Counted from the stretch's first letter, positions 18,374 through 27,003 are shown. The stretch is 32,000 nt of DNA from Zymomonas mobilis subsp. mobilis ATCC 10988 (GCF_000175255.2 NC_017262.1:780001-812000); one strand, 5' to 3'. Numbers and translations are program-made. The notes: a model not told the origin generated them from the sequence alone.

Positions 18374-19303
18374 ATGACGGATAAACCCGCGATTCTATTA
18401 CGCACCCCGCTTTTTTACGGGGCAAGAGACAAGCTCGATTCTCTCTTTACGGTTTACGATTACGGCACAAAAATAACCGCCGAGATAGCCTCTCAAATCA
18501 AGGCCGTCATCGGCGATGGTCAAGCCCGTTTCGGGGCAGATGATATGGATCAATTTCCGAACCTCCAGATCATTGCCCAATATGCCGTTGGTTTTGATGG
18601 CATTGACTTACAGGCCGCCAAAAAACGGAATATCAGGGTTTCTAACACTCCGGGTGTTTTGACCGAAGATGTCGCTGATATGGCTGTCGGGTTATTCCTT
18701 ACCTTAAAAAGGGACATCATCCGAAATGACAAGCTGGTTCGTGACGGCGGCTGGATTAAAAAAGAAGAAATCCCGTTGTCCCACAGTGCCAGCAATCTTG
18801 ATGTCGGGGTCTTTGGTTTAGGACGAATTGGCCAAGCTATCGCCGAAAGACTGGCACCCATGTCCAAATCTGTCAGCTATTGCAGCCGTCATCCCAAGGA
18901 AGTCTCTTGGAATTATTACAACAATATCCTTGATCTTGCGAAAGCCGTTGACGTGCTGGTGTTGGCAGCCCCAGGCACAGCCGAGACCAAAGGCCTCGTC
19001 AATAAAGAGGTTCTGGAAGCCTTGGGTCAAAAAGCTGTTCTTATCAATATTGCCCGTGGCAGCATTGTTGATGAAGATGCCTTGATAGAGGCGCTTGAAA
19101 AAGGCGTCATCGCAGGTGCCGGATTGGATGTTTTTGCTAATGAACCCAATGTGCCAGCGGCCTTACAGCAATCTCAGAAAGTCGTTTTACAGCCCCATTT
19201 AGGCAGCGCCACTGTCGAGACACGGACAACAATGGCGCATTTGGTGATCGACAATCTTCAGGCCTTTTTTGCTGGAAAACCGCTTCTTACGCCGGTGGTC
19301 TGA
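18374..19303 (+). CDS. D-isomer-specific 2-hydroxyacid dehydrogenase (glyoxylate/hydroxypyruvate reductase-like, 309 aa from the ATG at 18374)
   Basis: NAD-binding GLGRIGQAIAERL, NIARGSIVDEDAL and the catalytic HLGSAT motif. AGGAG RBS at 18361-18365, 8 nt before the ATG. The TTG extension to 18314 is unsupported. Confidence 0.9.
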   Translation: MTDKPAILLRTPLFYGARDKLDSLFTVYDYGTKITAEIASQIKAVIGDGQARFGADDMDQFPNLQIIAQYAVGFDGIDLQAAKKRNIRVSNTPGVLTEDVADMAVGLFLTLKRDIIRNDKLVRDGGWIKKEEIPLSHSASNLDVGVFGLGRIGQAIAERLAPMSKSVSYCSRHPKEVSWNYYNNILDLAKAVDVLVLAAPGTAETKGLVNKEVLEALGQKAVLINIARGSIVDEDALIEALEKGVIAGAGLDVFANEPNVPAALQQSQKVVLQPHLGSATVETRTTMAHLVIDNLQAFFAGKPLLTPVV

Positions 19304-19326
19304 TTTCATCACAAAATAAAGAATAC

Positions 19327-19371
19327 AGGGCAGGCCAGACAAAAAAACAAGGATGGCCTGCCCTTCTTTTT
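19327..19371 (+). terminator. Intrinsic terminator after the dehydrogenase gene
   Basis: AGGGCAGGCCA (19327-19337) and TGGCCTGCCCT (19354-19364) form an 11-bp perfect stem with a 16-nt loop, followed by TCTTTTT. Confidence 0.7.
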
Positions 19372-19511
19372 CAATTTTCAAAAATATTTTATAGTTATTT
19401 CACGTCTATGGATAAAAACAGTTGAAATATATCCATTTTGCGCATCTTCTCTTTTTACCCCATATCGAATAGAGCTTTAATTCTCTTGTGAGAGGATCTT
19501 GAGAAGAAAAA

Positions 19512-19874
19512 ATGCGCTATATTGTCAGAAAAAGAAAAGTACAAAGATCAATACAGCCCGTGGATAGCTATATGACAGAAACTCCGACCGATGATGCGGA
19601 AGGCAATGACAGCTTGACGCCGCAAATCCTGAAAGCTCAAAAACAGGTTGAAGAAGCCAAGCAGCGCTATAAATCTCTGCTAGCGCGTCAGGCCGCCGCC
19701 AAAAAGAAACATGCGGAAGCGCGCCGGAAAATCTTGGGTGATTTACTGATTAAAGCCGCAGAAAAAGACGAACGCTATAATCGGGTTATCAAGGTTTTGA
19801 TGGATAGCCATCCCCAAGTCAAAACAAACAAAGCCTTTGTTGACTGGGAAGTCCCGCATCCCGACCATTCATAA
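19512..19874 (+). CDS. Small basic coiled-coil protein, TraD/MobC-like (relaxosome-accessory-like); alternative start at 19572 gives 100 aa
   Basis: It has an acidic N-terminus, then a K/R/A/Q-rich helix (KAQKQVEEAKQRYKSLLARQAAAKKKHAEARRKILGDLLIKAAEKDERY). The RRKILGDLLIKAAEKD core resembles the T/R-R-x-K-I-x-L-G-G-L-(I/V)-x-K-A-G motif I recall from Ti-plasmid TraD and small alphaproteobacterial mobilisation proteins. No strong RBS precedes either ATG. Confidence 0.55.
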   Translation: MRYIVRKRKVQRSIQPVDSYMTETPTDDAEGNDSLTPQILKAQKQVEEAKQRYKSLLARQAAAKKKHAEARRKILGDLLIKAAEKDERYNRVIKVLMDSHPQVKTNKAFVDWEVPHPDHS

Positions 19875-19893
19875 ACCACAAGAGCAGTCCGCT

Positions 19894-19917
19894 ATCCCCG
19901 CTCTCTATTGCGGGGAT
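19894..19917. other. GC-rich hairpin between the convergent small ORF and ruvA
   Basis: ATCCCCGC-TCTCTATT-GCGGGGAT forms an 8-bp perfect stem with no U-tract on either side. It may be a transcript 3'-end structure. Confidence 0.5.
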
Positions 19918-19933
19918 TCGGCACAGATTAAAT

Positions 19934-20575
19934 TTAATGCTTGGAAGATAACCGTAAAGCCAGACGTACAAGACTATCTAATGTTGCTTGATCGCCTAAT
20001 TCTTCCGAAGCCAATTGAACAACGCGTTGCGCTTCAGCCGGTTTAAACCCTAAATTCAAAAGCGCAGACACCGCATCTGCCACGAAATTACCCGCATGAT
20101 GGGCAGAGGCTGCTGGCTGGGAAATATCTTCAACCGCCAAATGATCGCCTTTGGCAGAAGAAAACAAAGCAATAGCCGCCGGTTTCTCTTTCAATTCATT
20201 GATAATACGCTGGGCAATTTTGGGGCCTATCCCATTGGCGCGACAAATCATGGTCTTGTCGCCACTGGAAATCGCTACAGAAATCGCATCGCAGGTCAAC
20301 GCCGTTAAAATAGCCAGAGCTGCTTTGCCTCCCACGCCTTGCACCGACGTTAAAAGCCTGAACCAATCCCGTTCCAAATAAGAAGCAAAACCAAAAAGGG
20401 TAATCGAATCTTCCCGAATTTGGGTTTCGATATGGACGGTAATTTCACCTTCAATTTCGGAGAAATAATCTAAAGCGCGTCCTGATAATTGGACGAGATA
20501 GCCGACGCCATTAACGTCAATGATCGCAGAATCAGAATTTTTTTCTACCAGAAAACCAACCAATCGCGCGATCAT
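19934..20575 (-). CDS. ruvA: Holliday junction DNA helicase subunit RuvA (213 aa from the ATG at 20575; a TTG lies one codon upstream)
   Basis: MIARLVGFLVEK...VNGVGY is the RuvA OB-fold start, followed by the HhH region VQGVGGKAALAILT / ANGIGPKIAQRIINELK and C-terminal domain III. Confidence 0.96.
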   Translation of the reverse strand: MIARLVGFLVEKNSDSAIIDVNGVGYLVQLSGRALDYFSEIEGEITVHIETQIREDSITLFGFASYLERDWFRLLTSVQGVGGKAALAILTALTCDAISVAISSGDKTMICRANGIGPKIAQRIINELKEKPAAIALFSSAKGDHLAVEDISQPAASAHHAGNFVADAVSALLNLGFKPAEAQRVVQLASEELGDQATLDSLVRLALRLSSKH

Positions 20576-20616
20576 CAATATCTCTTTCTATTCCGGCATT
20601 TCATTACAGCCGCCCA

Positions 20617-21126
20617 TTATGAAGCCCTTACGCGACGGGCATAACCACGGGCAGAGGCGTGATGATGGGCATGCGTAATAGCCACCGCCAAGGCATCTGC
20701 CGCATCAGGGCCCGCTAACTTCACTCCGGGTAACAAACGGGACACCATTGCTTGCACCTGTTTCTTGTCAGCGCTTCCGGTGCCAACAACGGCCTTTTTA
20801 ACCACATTCGGGTGATATTCCCCGACGGATAGCCCAGCTTCTGCAAGGCTAAACAGGGCAATACCGCGCGCCTGCCCCAATTTCAGGGTTGATTGCGCAT
20901 TGCTATTGCCCAAAACCTCTTCAACCGCCGCCATTTCCGGCTGGTGGCTGGCAATGACGGCGGCTAAGGCATCATGCAATAACGCTAGCCGCCGTGCCAA
21001 AGCCATGGAAGGACCGGTGCGGATTTGTCCATTGGCAATATGACTAAGACGATTACCCTCAACTGTAATCGCTCCCCAGCCGGTTGTTCCCAAACCGGGG
21101 TCAAGTCCCAGAAAAATCATCGGCAC
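20617..21126 (-). CDS. ruvC: Crossover junction endodeoxyribonuclease RuvC (169 aa from the GTG at 21126; alternative ATG at 21120)
   Basis: [15 protein letters not shown] (catalytic Asp region), VEEV and the C-terminal [13 protein letters not shown] motif. Confidence 0.96.
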   Translation of the reverse strand: MPMIFLGLDPGLGTTGWGAITVEGNRLSHIANGQIRTGPSMALARRLALLHDALAAVIASHQPEMAAVEEVLGNSNAQSTLKLGQARGIALFSLAEAGLSVGEYHPNVVKKAVVGTGSADKKQVQAMVSRLLPGVKLAGPDAADALAVAITHAHHHASARGYARRVRAS

Positions 21127-21154
21127 CGATCACATCCCTTTTCAGACAGAAAGA

Positions 21155-21904
21155 TTATTCCTGTCCCAGACTTTCCATAACTTCATCATCGATGTCGTAA
21201 TTGGCCCAAACAGTCTGGACGTCGTCATCGTCTTCCAAGGTTTCAATCAAGCGCAGCAAGGTTCCGGCACTTTCCTCATCAACATTGATCAGGGTCTGCG
21301 GACGCCATGCCAATTTCACGCCTTCCGGTTCACCCAGAATAGCTTCCAGCTTTCCGGCGACTTCATGAAGATCAGCCTGAGCGGTCCAGATTTCATGCTC
21401 ATCTTCAGAAGATGTGACATCTTCAGCACCGGCTTCCAAAGCAGCTTCAAAAATTTTGTCGGGATCACCGGCTTCGGCTTTATAGGTAATTAACCCCATA
21501 CGGTCGAAACCATGGGTCACAGAACCACTGGTGCCGAGATTACCGCCATTTTTGGAAAGCGCTGTTCTGACATTGGTGGCCGTGCGATTACGGTTGTCAG
21601 TCAGGGTTTCGATAATCAAAGAAACGCCACTCGGGCCAAAGCCTTCATACCGCAATTCTTCGTAATTATCGCCGTCGCCACCGATAGCCTTCGCAATAGC
21701 GCGTTCGATATTATCTTTCGGCATACCACCGGAACGGGCAGCGGAAACCGCTGCACGCAAGCGCGGATTCGCGTTCGGATCAGGTAAGCCGGACTTGGCG
21801 GCTACCGTGACTTCACGGGATAATTTAGAAAAAAGGGCGGAACGCTTTTTATCCTGCGCTCCTTTGCGATACATAATATTTTTAAATTTTGAATGGCCTG
21901 CCAT
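21155..21904 (-). CDS. yebC: YebC/PmpR-family DNA-binding transcriptional regulator (249 aa)
   Basis: [28 protein letters not shown] is the family N-terminal signature. It lies upstream of ruvC, the usual position. Confidence 0.95.
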   Translation of the reverse strand: MAGHSKFKNIMYRKGAQDKKRSALFSKLSREVTVAAKSGLPDPNANPRLRAAVSAARSGGMPKDNIERAIAKAIGGDGDNYEELRYEGFGPSGVSLIIETLTDNRNRTATNVRTALSKNGGNLGTSGSVTHGFDRMGLITYKAEAGDPDKIFEAALEAGAEDVTSSEDEHEIWTAQADLHEVAGKLEAILGEPEGVKLAWRPQTLINVDEESAGTLLRLIETLEDDDDVQTVWANYDIDDEVMESLGQE

Positions 21905-22358
21905 GGTTCCATCTGTCTATACAAGATAACATGAATATCCCCGCATTCGGGGAATAGGGATACTGGCTTTACATCCGACCTAATCAAAAAATTAGACGAA
22001 ATAAAGCGGGACATGGGTCAGACCACGCCTGATCCAGCCTTAACGTTAAAGACAATGTCCCGAGCTGACTGACAAATCGACAGTCAGAAGATTCCGGTCT
22101 CCGTTTTCAAGTCACAGCACTCTTCTTTTTCAGGCCAAAGCCTAAAAACATACCAAGAAGGAAGAAAACCGTAACTTTACGAGCGGGGTAAATAGCAAAA
22201 TATCATTTCTATGGGAAGAACAGCCTATCAATAGCGGATATTGCCTCTTCAACAGGCCGAATGACACCGGATCAAAGCCTGATAGCCTGCCGATAAAAAT
22301 AAAAATTTTATCCAGCAAAGCGTCAAGCAAATCCGCTTTTCAAGGCAGGAAAGAAAGC

Positions 22359-22598
22359 CTAGTTCAAGCCCAAAGCGTTACGATAGGTTTCCAGCAAAGC
22401 ATCCATTTCGTCGCGAGCGTCTTTTTCCATTTTCCGCAAGCGGATAACCGAACGCATGGTTTTGGCATCGAAACCTTGAGACTTGGCTTCTAAATAGACA
22501 TCACGGATATCATCCGCCATCCCTTTTTTTTCTTCTTCGAGTCGTTCAATCCGTTCGATAAACAGACGAAGTTGATCAGCCGCAATATTTTCTGACAT
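22359..22598 (-). CDS. gapR: DUF2312 / UPF0335 protein, GapR-like AT-rich-DNA-binding nucleoid protein (79 aa)
   Basis: QLRLFIERIERLEEEKKGMADDIRDVYLEAKSQGFDAKTMRSVIRLRK is the DUF2312 core. I recall it from Caulobacter GapR (...RVERLEVEK...EVYAEAKGNGFDVKVLKKVVRIRK). Confidence 0.85.
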   Translation of the reverse strand: MSENIAADQLRLFIERIERLEEEKKGMADDIRDVYLEAKSQGFDAKTMRSVIRLRKMEKDARDEMDALLETYRNALGLN

Positions 22599-22917
22599 AG
22601 TAAAATTCGGTCCCCATTGAAAAATAACTAAATATATAATTTTTGCCTGTTTTCCAAAGGAAAAGGCATTCCACTATAAGTTTAACCTATCAAGGCTGTA
22701 TGAAAAAACTCACGATACAGCAATCTTCTGCCAAGATACGGGAAAGAGACTGTTTTTTTTATTGAAAATGCAGAAAAATATGATCTCTTTGCGAAGAGAC
22801 GCTTCCCTTTTCCTTCCATTTGTAACAAATTGACAAACGAAGTTGTGCTTGATCATCTGATGATAGAAGCGCAAATGGCATATGTAATTAAATCAGCAAA
22901 GCGGAAGGAATAGAAGC

Positions 22918-24345
22918 TTGACTGAAGGACTTTTCCCACGCGGCCGCAAGGTACGTGTTGTTTCTACGCTGGGTCCTGCCAGCTCGACGGCAGAACAGAT
23001 TCGTGATCGTTTCTTGGCTGGTGCGGATGTATTCCGTATCAACATGAGCCATGGTACCCATGACGAAAAGAAGGTCATCGTTGACAACATTCGTGCGCTT
23101 GAAAAAGAATTCAACCGCCCGACCACGATCCTTTTCGATCTTCAGGGTCCGAAGCTCCGCGTTGGTGACTTCAAAGAAGGCAAGGTTCAGTTGAAAGAAG
23201 GCCAGACCTTCACTTTCGATCAGGACCCAACTCTCGGTGACGAAACCCGCGTCAACCTGCCGCATCCTGAAATCTTCAAGGCTTTAGACAAAGGTCATCG
23301 CCTGCTTTTGGATGATGGTAAGATCGTTGTTCGTTGCGTCGAATCTTCCCCGACCAAAATCGTTACCCGCGTCGAAGTTCCGGGTCCGCTTTCCGACCAT
23401 AAAGGTTTCAACGTTCCTGACGTTGTGATTCCGCTGGCCGCTCTGACCCCGAAAGATCGCAAAGATCTCGACTTTGCTCTTAAGGAAAAAGCTGACTGGG
23501 TTGCTCTTAGCTTTGTGCAGCGCGTCGAAGACGTCATCGAAGCCAAAGAACTCATCAAAGGTCGCGCACCGCTTCTCGTTAAACTCGAAAAGCCAGCTGC
23601 CATTGAAAACCTCGAATCCATCTTGGCTGCAACCGATGCTGTCATGGTTGCTCGTGGTGACCTCGGTGTTGAATGCTTGCCGGAATCCGTTCCCCCGACG
23701 CAGAAGCGTATCGTTGAACGCTCCCGCCAGCTGGGTAAGCCGGTTGTTGTTGCAACCGCTATGCTCGAATCCATGATCAAAGCTCCGGCTCCGACCCGCG
23801 CTGAAGTAAGTGACGTTGCAAACGCCATTTACGAAGGTGCTGATGGTATCATGCTTTCTGCAGAATCCGCCGCCGGTGATTGGCCGCATGAAGCTGTCAA
23901 CATGATGCATCGTATTGCTTCTTATGTTGAAAATGCTCCGGGTTACATCGAACGCGTTCGCTTCACCCCGACTCCGGCAGAACCGACGACGGTTGACGCT
24001 CTGGCTGAAAACGCCAGCAAAACCGCTGAAACGGTTGGCGCAAAAGCGATCATCGTCTTCACCGAAACCGGTAAGACCGCACAGCGCGTTTCCCGCGCCC
24101 GTCCGGTTGCTCCGATCCTGTCTCTGACCCCGGATGCCGAAGTTGCTCGTCGTCTTGGTTTGGTCTGGGGCGCACAGCCGGTTCAGGTTTCCACGGTTAA
24201 GACCCTCGACGAAGCCAAGAAGCTGGCTGCTGAAACCGCTAAAAAATACGGTTTCGCCAAAGCCGGTGACAAGCTGGTTGTTGTTGCAGGTGAACCTTTC
24301 GGTAAAGCTGGAACCACCAACATTGTTGATGTTATCGAAGCCTAA
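22918..24345 (+). CDS. pyk: Pyruvate kinase (475 aa, TTG start)
   Basis: KVRVVSTLGPAS, FRINMSHG, MVARGDLGVE and ATAMLESM motifs. GGAAGGAA RBS 5-6 nt before the TTG. Strong codon bias. The N-terminus MTEGLFPRGRK matches my recollection of Z. mobilis Pyk. Confidence 0.97.
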   Translation: MTEGLFPRGRKVRVVSTLGPASSTAEQIRDRFLAGADVFRINMSHGTHDEKKVIVDNIRALEKEFNRPTTILFDLQGPKLRVGDFKEGKVQLKEGQTFTFDQDPTLGDETRVNLPHPEIFKALDKGHRLLLDDGKIVVRCVESSPTKIVTRVEVPGPLSDHKGFNVPDVVIPLAALTPKDRKDLDFALKEKADWVALSFVQRVEDVIEAKELIKGRAPLLVKLEKPAAIENLESILAATDAVMVARGDLGVECLPESVPPTQKRIVERSRQLGKPVVVATAMLESMIKAPAPTRAEVSDVANAIYEGADGIMLSAESAAGDWPHEAVNMMHRIASYVENAPGYIERVRFTPTPAEPTTVDALAENASKTAETVGAKAIIVFTETGKTAQRVSRARPVAPILSLTPDAEVARRLGLVWGAQPVQVSTVKTLDEAKKLAAETAKKYGFAKAGDKLVVVAGEPFGKAGTTNIVDVIEA

Positions 24346-24372
24346 TTCGCTTTATAACAACACAGAAAAAAG

Positions 24373-24404
24373 GCCGGGGGGACATTTCTCTCCGGCTTTT
24401 TTTT
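24373..24404 (+). terminator. Intrinsic terminator of pyk
   Basis: GCCGGGGGG-ACATTT-CTCTCCGGC forms a 9-bp stem including two G-U pairs, followed by T8. An upstream A6 gives it a bidirectional appearance. Confidence 0.85.
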
Positions 24405-24571
24405 AAGCTCAAGAATAGCCCGATATCTGCTTTTCCCCAAGATAGTCACCCTTGCTAGTCACAAAGAAAGACTGTCATCTCGTTTTCTCATTCGGGACAG
24501 ACTTTCTATCGCAAAATCAACGCGGCTGTCTTTTCCAGCTATCCGGCTATTGATGACCTTATTCCCGCTGC

Positions 24572-25237
24572 GTGCCGCTCAATATTGTGGTCAAGAATGT
24601 GGATAATGAAATGTCTTCTTCAGCCCCCTCGCCCCTAGCCAAAATCGAAAATTTCACGCTTCAAGATGGCGTTCCCCCTGATAATATCCCTTCCGCCCTT
24701 CAACTTTTCTGGCAAGCCTTTGAAAGAAAATTGAAGATACCCTTAGGCCCACCCGAAAAAGGCCAAGAATTTCTTCGTCACAGCATGGGCGATCGATCCA
24801 TCGTCAGCGCGATCCGCAAGGATGGCAAACTACTCGGTGTCGCGACCTATAAAAGCTATCGCCCCAATTCGCTTACTCAAGATTTGAAACATCTTTTTGC
24901 GACTTACGGGAAAGCCAGCGGCCTATTCCGTGGATTATTATTAAGTCAACTAGACCAACAACCTGCCGCGGATGAAATGATGGTAGAAAGCATCTGCGTT
25001 GATGAAAAAGCGCGCAGCCATGGCATTGGCCATGCACTTCTTGGCTATATCAAGGAACAGGCGACCCGACAGGGTATGAAAAGGGTTATCCTCGATGTCA
25101 TTACCAAAAATGAAAGGGCGCATCGCCTTTATAGCCGCCTAGGCTATCGCGATATCAGACATCATTCTGTTGGTCTCTTGTCACCCATTTTCGGTTTTAA
25201 AGAGTCTATCCGCATGGGTCTAAGCCTAACTCAGTAG
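24572..25237 (+). CDS. GNAT-family N-acetyltransferase (221 aa from the GTG at 24572; alternative ATG at 24611 gives 208 aa)
   Basis: The acetyl-CoA-binding core is ICVDEKARSHGIGHALLGYIKEQATRQGMKRVILDVITKNERAHRLYSRLGY (the R/Q-x-x-G-x-G/A motif). The start codon is uncertain because no clear RBS is present. Confidence 0.85.
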   Translation: MPLNIVVKNVDNEMSSSAPSPLAKIENFTLQDGVPPDNIPSALQLFWQAFERKLKIPLGPPEKGQEFLRHSMGDRSIVSAIRKDGKLLGVATYKSYRPNSLTQDLKHLFATYGKASGLFRGLLLSQLDQQPAADEMMVESICVDEKARSHGIGHALLGYIKEQATRQGMKRVILDVITKNERAHRLYSRLGYRDIRHHSVGLLSPIFGFKESIRMGLSLTQ

Positions 25238-25316
25238 CGATTCCTCCCGAAAAGAAGGCTTTTCAAGAGGAACGCTTTGTCTTTCTTCTTTTTAAAAAAT
25301 CCGATACGGCGATCTT

Positions 25317-26012
25317 ATGACTGAAAGCTCTATTCACGATCCCCTCACCATTCGTCGCCTCTATGGCAGACAACAAGGCCACAGCCTGCGCCCGAAACAG
25401 GCAGAATTAGTGGAAACGCTGCTGCCCCAGCTTGAAATCACAACGGAACAAGCTGTCTCCGCAACGGATCTTTTCGGCGATGATCGCCCATTGGAATTTG
25501 AAATCGGCTTTGGGAAAGGCGAACATCTTGCCGGACAGGCTATGATGCGCCCCGATCACGGTTTTATCGGATGTGAACCTTTCCTCGATGGCGTTGTCGG
25601 CTTGCTGACTCATATCGACAATAACCAGATAAAAAATATTCGCCTCCATCGGGGCGATGCCTTGGATATTCTCGAACAGCTTCCCGACGGCTGCCTCGAT
25701 CGCGCTTATCTGCTTCATCCCGACCCTTGGCCAAAAGCCCGTCACGCCAAAAGACGTTTCATGAATCACGGGCCTATCGGCCTTATCGCCCGCAAGATGA
25801 AAAAAGGCGGAGAATTTCGCTTTGGCACCGATCATCCGATTTATTGCCACTGGGCGATGATGATTATGGGGCAACGGCCTGACTTTGAATGGCTGGCACA
25901 AACACCGCGTGATTTTTTGCAGCGTCCCGAAGATTGGCCACAGACTCGTTATGAAAAGAAAGCCCGCGAAAAAGGCCATGAAGTATGGTATTTCCGTTAT
26001 CGGAGAGTATGA
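25317..26012 (+). CDS. trmB: tRNA (guanine46-N7)-methyltransferase TrmB (231 aa)
   Basis: SAM-binding EIGFGKGEHL plus LLHPDPWPKARHAKRR and TDH..Y motifs. Confidence 0.93.
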   Translation: MTESSIHDPLTIRRLYGRQQGHSLRPKQAELVETLLPQLEITTEQAVSATDLFGDDRPLEFEIGFGKGEHLAGQAMMRPDHGFIGCEPFLDGVVGLLTHIDNNQIKNIRLHRGDALDILEQLPDGCLDRAYLLHPDPWPKARHAKRRFMNHGPIGLIARKMKKGGEFRFGTDHPIYCHWAMMIMGQRPDFEWLAQTPRDFLQRPEDWPQTRYEKKAREKGHEVWYFRYRRV

Positions 26013-26196
26013 CAAACTAATTCCAGAAGAAATTCTTCAAGCTATTGAGTAAAAAGAAGACGCTTTTGAAAGAAGGGCATAACAGCTTGTTTAAGCTCGA
26101 TGTTCTTTCCCTTGTCATCTTTGTATAAATATGCTTGTCACTACAGTATAAAAACAAAATATTGCTTTCTAAGAAGCGGTAAGAGAGGAAAAATAC

Positions 26197-27003
26197 GTGT
26201 TGGAATTCTTGGCCTTGCTGGCTGCCCAGCCTGTTGTGGATGGCAGGATCAGCACACAACAGAAAGTATCGGCGGCAACCCCTATTCTTTCTTCTTCCGC
26301 TTCTACAATATCCGGTGATAACCGCCCGAAACCAATTCTGGATTCCGATAATCCGGATTCTTCTTCTTTTGGCACAGCCACGCCCTCGGCATCAAAAGCA
26401 ACGGCATCAACCCCAAACAGCAGCGGCAGCACATCCAGCCATAAACAACATATGGCCGAGGTTGATTCTACCAAGGGTATCGTCTCTTTCATGGCTGACG
26501 ATCAAGGCATCATTGCCAATTCTCCTTCAGAAGAAGATGTCATGTGCCGCCCCAATGAAAAAGGCCCTGCTTTGGTCGTGCAGGCGGTAGGGCTGAAAGA
26601 TCGGAAGGGCTTGCTGCGTATCGACCTTTATCCACCGAATGAAGATGATTTCATGGCTGATGAAGAAACATTATCGGCTCAAAATAAAATATTCCGGCGG
26701 CAGGAAATGATTATCCCGAAAAGTGGCGCAATCAAAATCTGCATTCGGGTGCCGAAACCGGGCGTTTATGCCGTTATTCTGACCCATGACCGCGATGCCA
26801 ATCATCGGGTAACGGTCTCGGAAGATGGTGTCGGTATTCCGATCAATCCGCCCCATCTGATGCATGAACCACGGGTGCAAGAATCCTTGGTAACGATTGG
26901 TAGTGGCGTGACCACTATTCCGGTGCGCTTCAATTACCGCCGTGGATTGCTCTCTTTTGCCCCTCTCCGGCGGAAAGATACCATTGATTACCAAGGTCTC
27001 TAA
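26197..27003 (+). CDS. DUF2141-domain protein with a ~100-aa Ser/Thr/Pro-rich N-terminal extension (268 aa, GTG start)
   Basis: The C-terminal ~140 aa fit the DUF2141 pattern I recall: LVVQAVGLKDRKGLLRIDLYP...F...GAIKICIRVPKPGVYAVILTHDRDANHRV...GIP. A GAGAGGAA RBS lies 7 nt before the GTG, and an in-frame stop at 26170-26172 limits any upstream extension. The true start within the low-complexity region is uncertain. Confidence 0.7.
   Translation: MLEFLALLAAQPVVDGRISTQQKVSAATPILSSSASTISGDNRPKPILDSDNPDSSSFGTATPSASKATASTPNSSGSTSSHKQHMAEVDSTKGIVSFMADDQGIIANSPSEEDVMCRPNEKGPALVVQAVGLKDRKGLLRIDLYPPNEDDFMADEETLSAQNKIFRRQEMIIPKSGAIKICIRVPKPGVYAVILTHDRDANHRVTVSEDGVGIPINPPHLMHEPRVQESLVTIGSGVTTIPVRFNYRRGLLSFAPLRRKDTIDYQGL

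Noticed and set aside
24572-25237. The GNAT acetyltransferase as a possible GNAT-type toxin of a toxin-antitoxin pair.
   Set aside because: No small RHH/DUF1778-type antitoxin ORF lies upstream or downstream. The protein is larger than typical GNAT toxins. It sits between a strong terminator and trmB, which suggests an ordinary stand-alone acetyltransferase.
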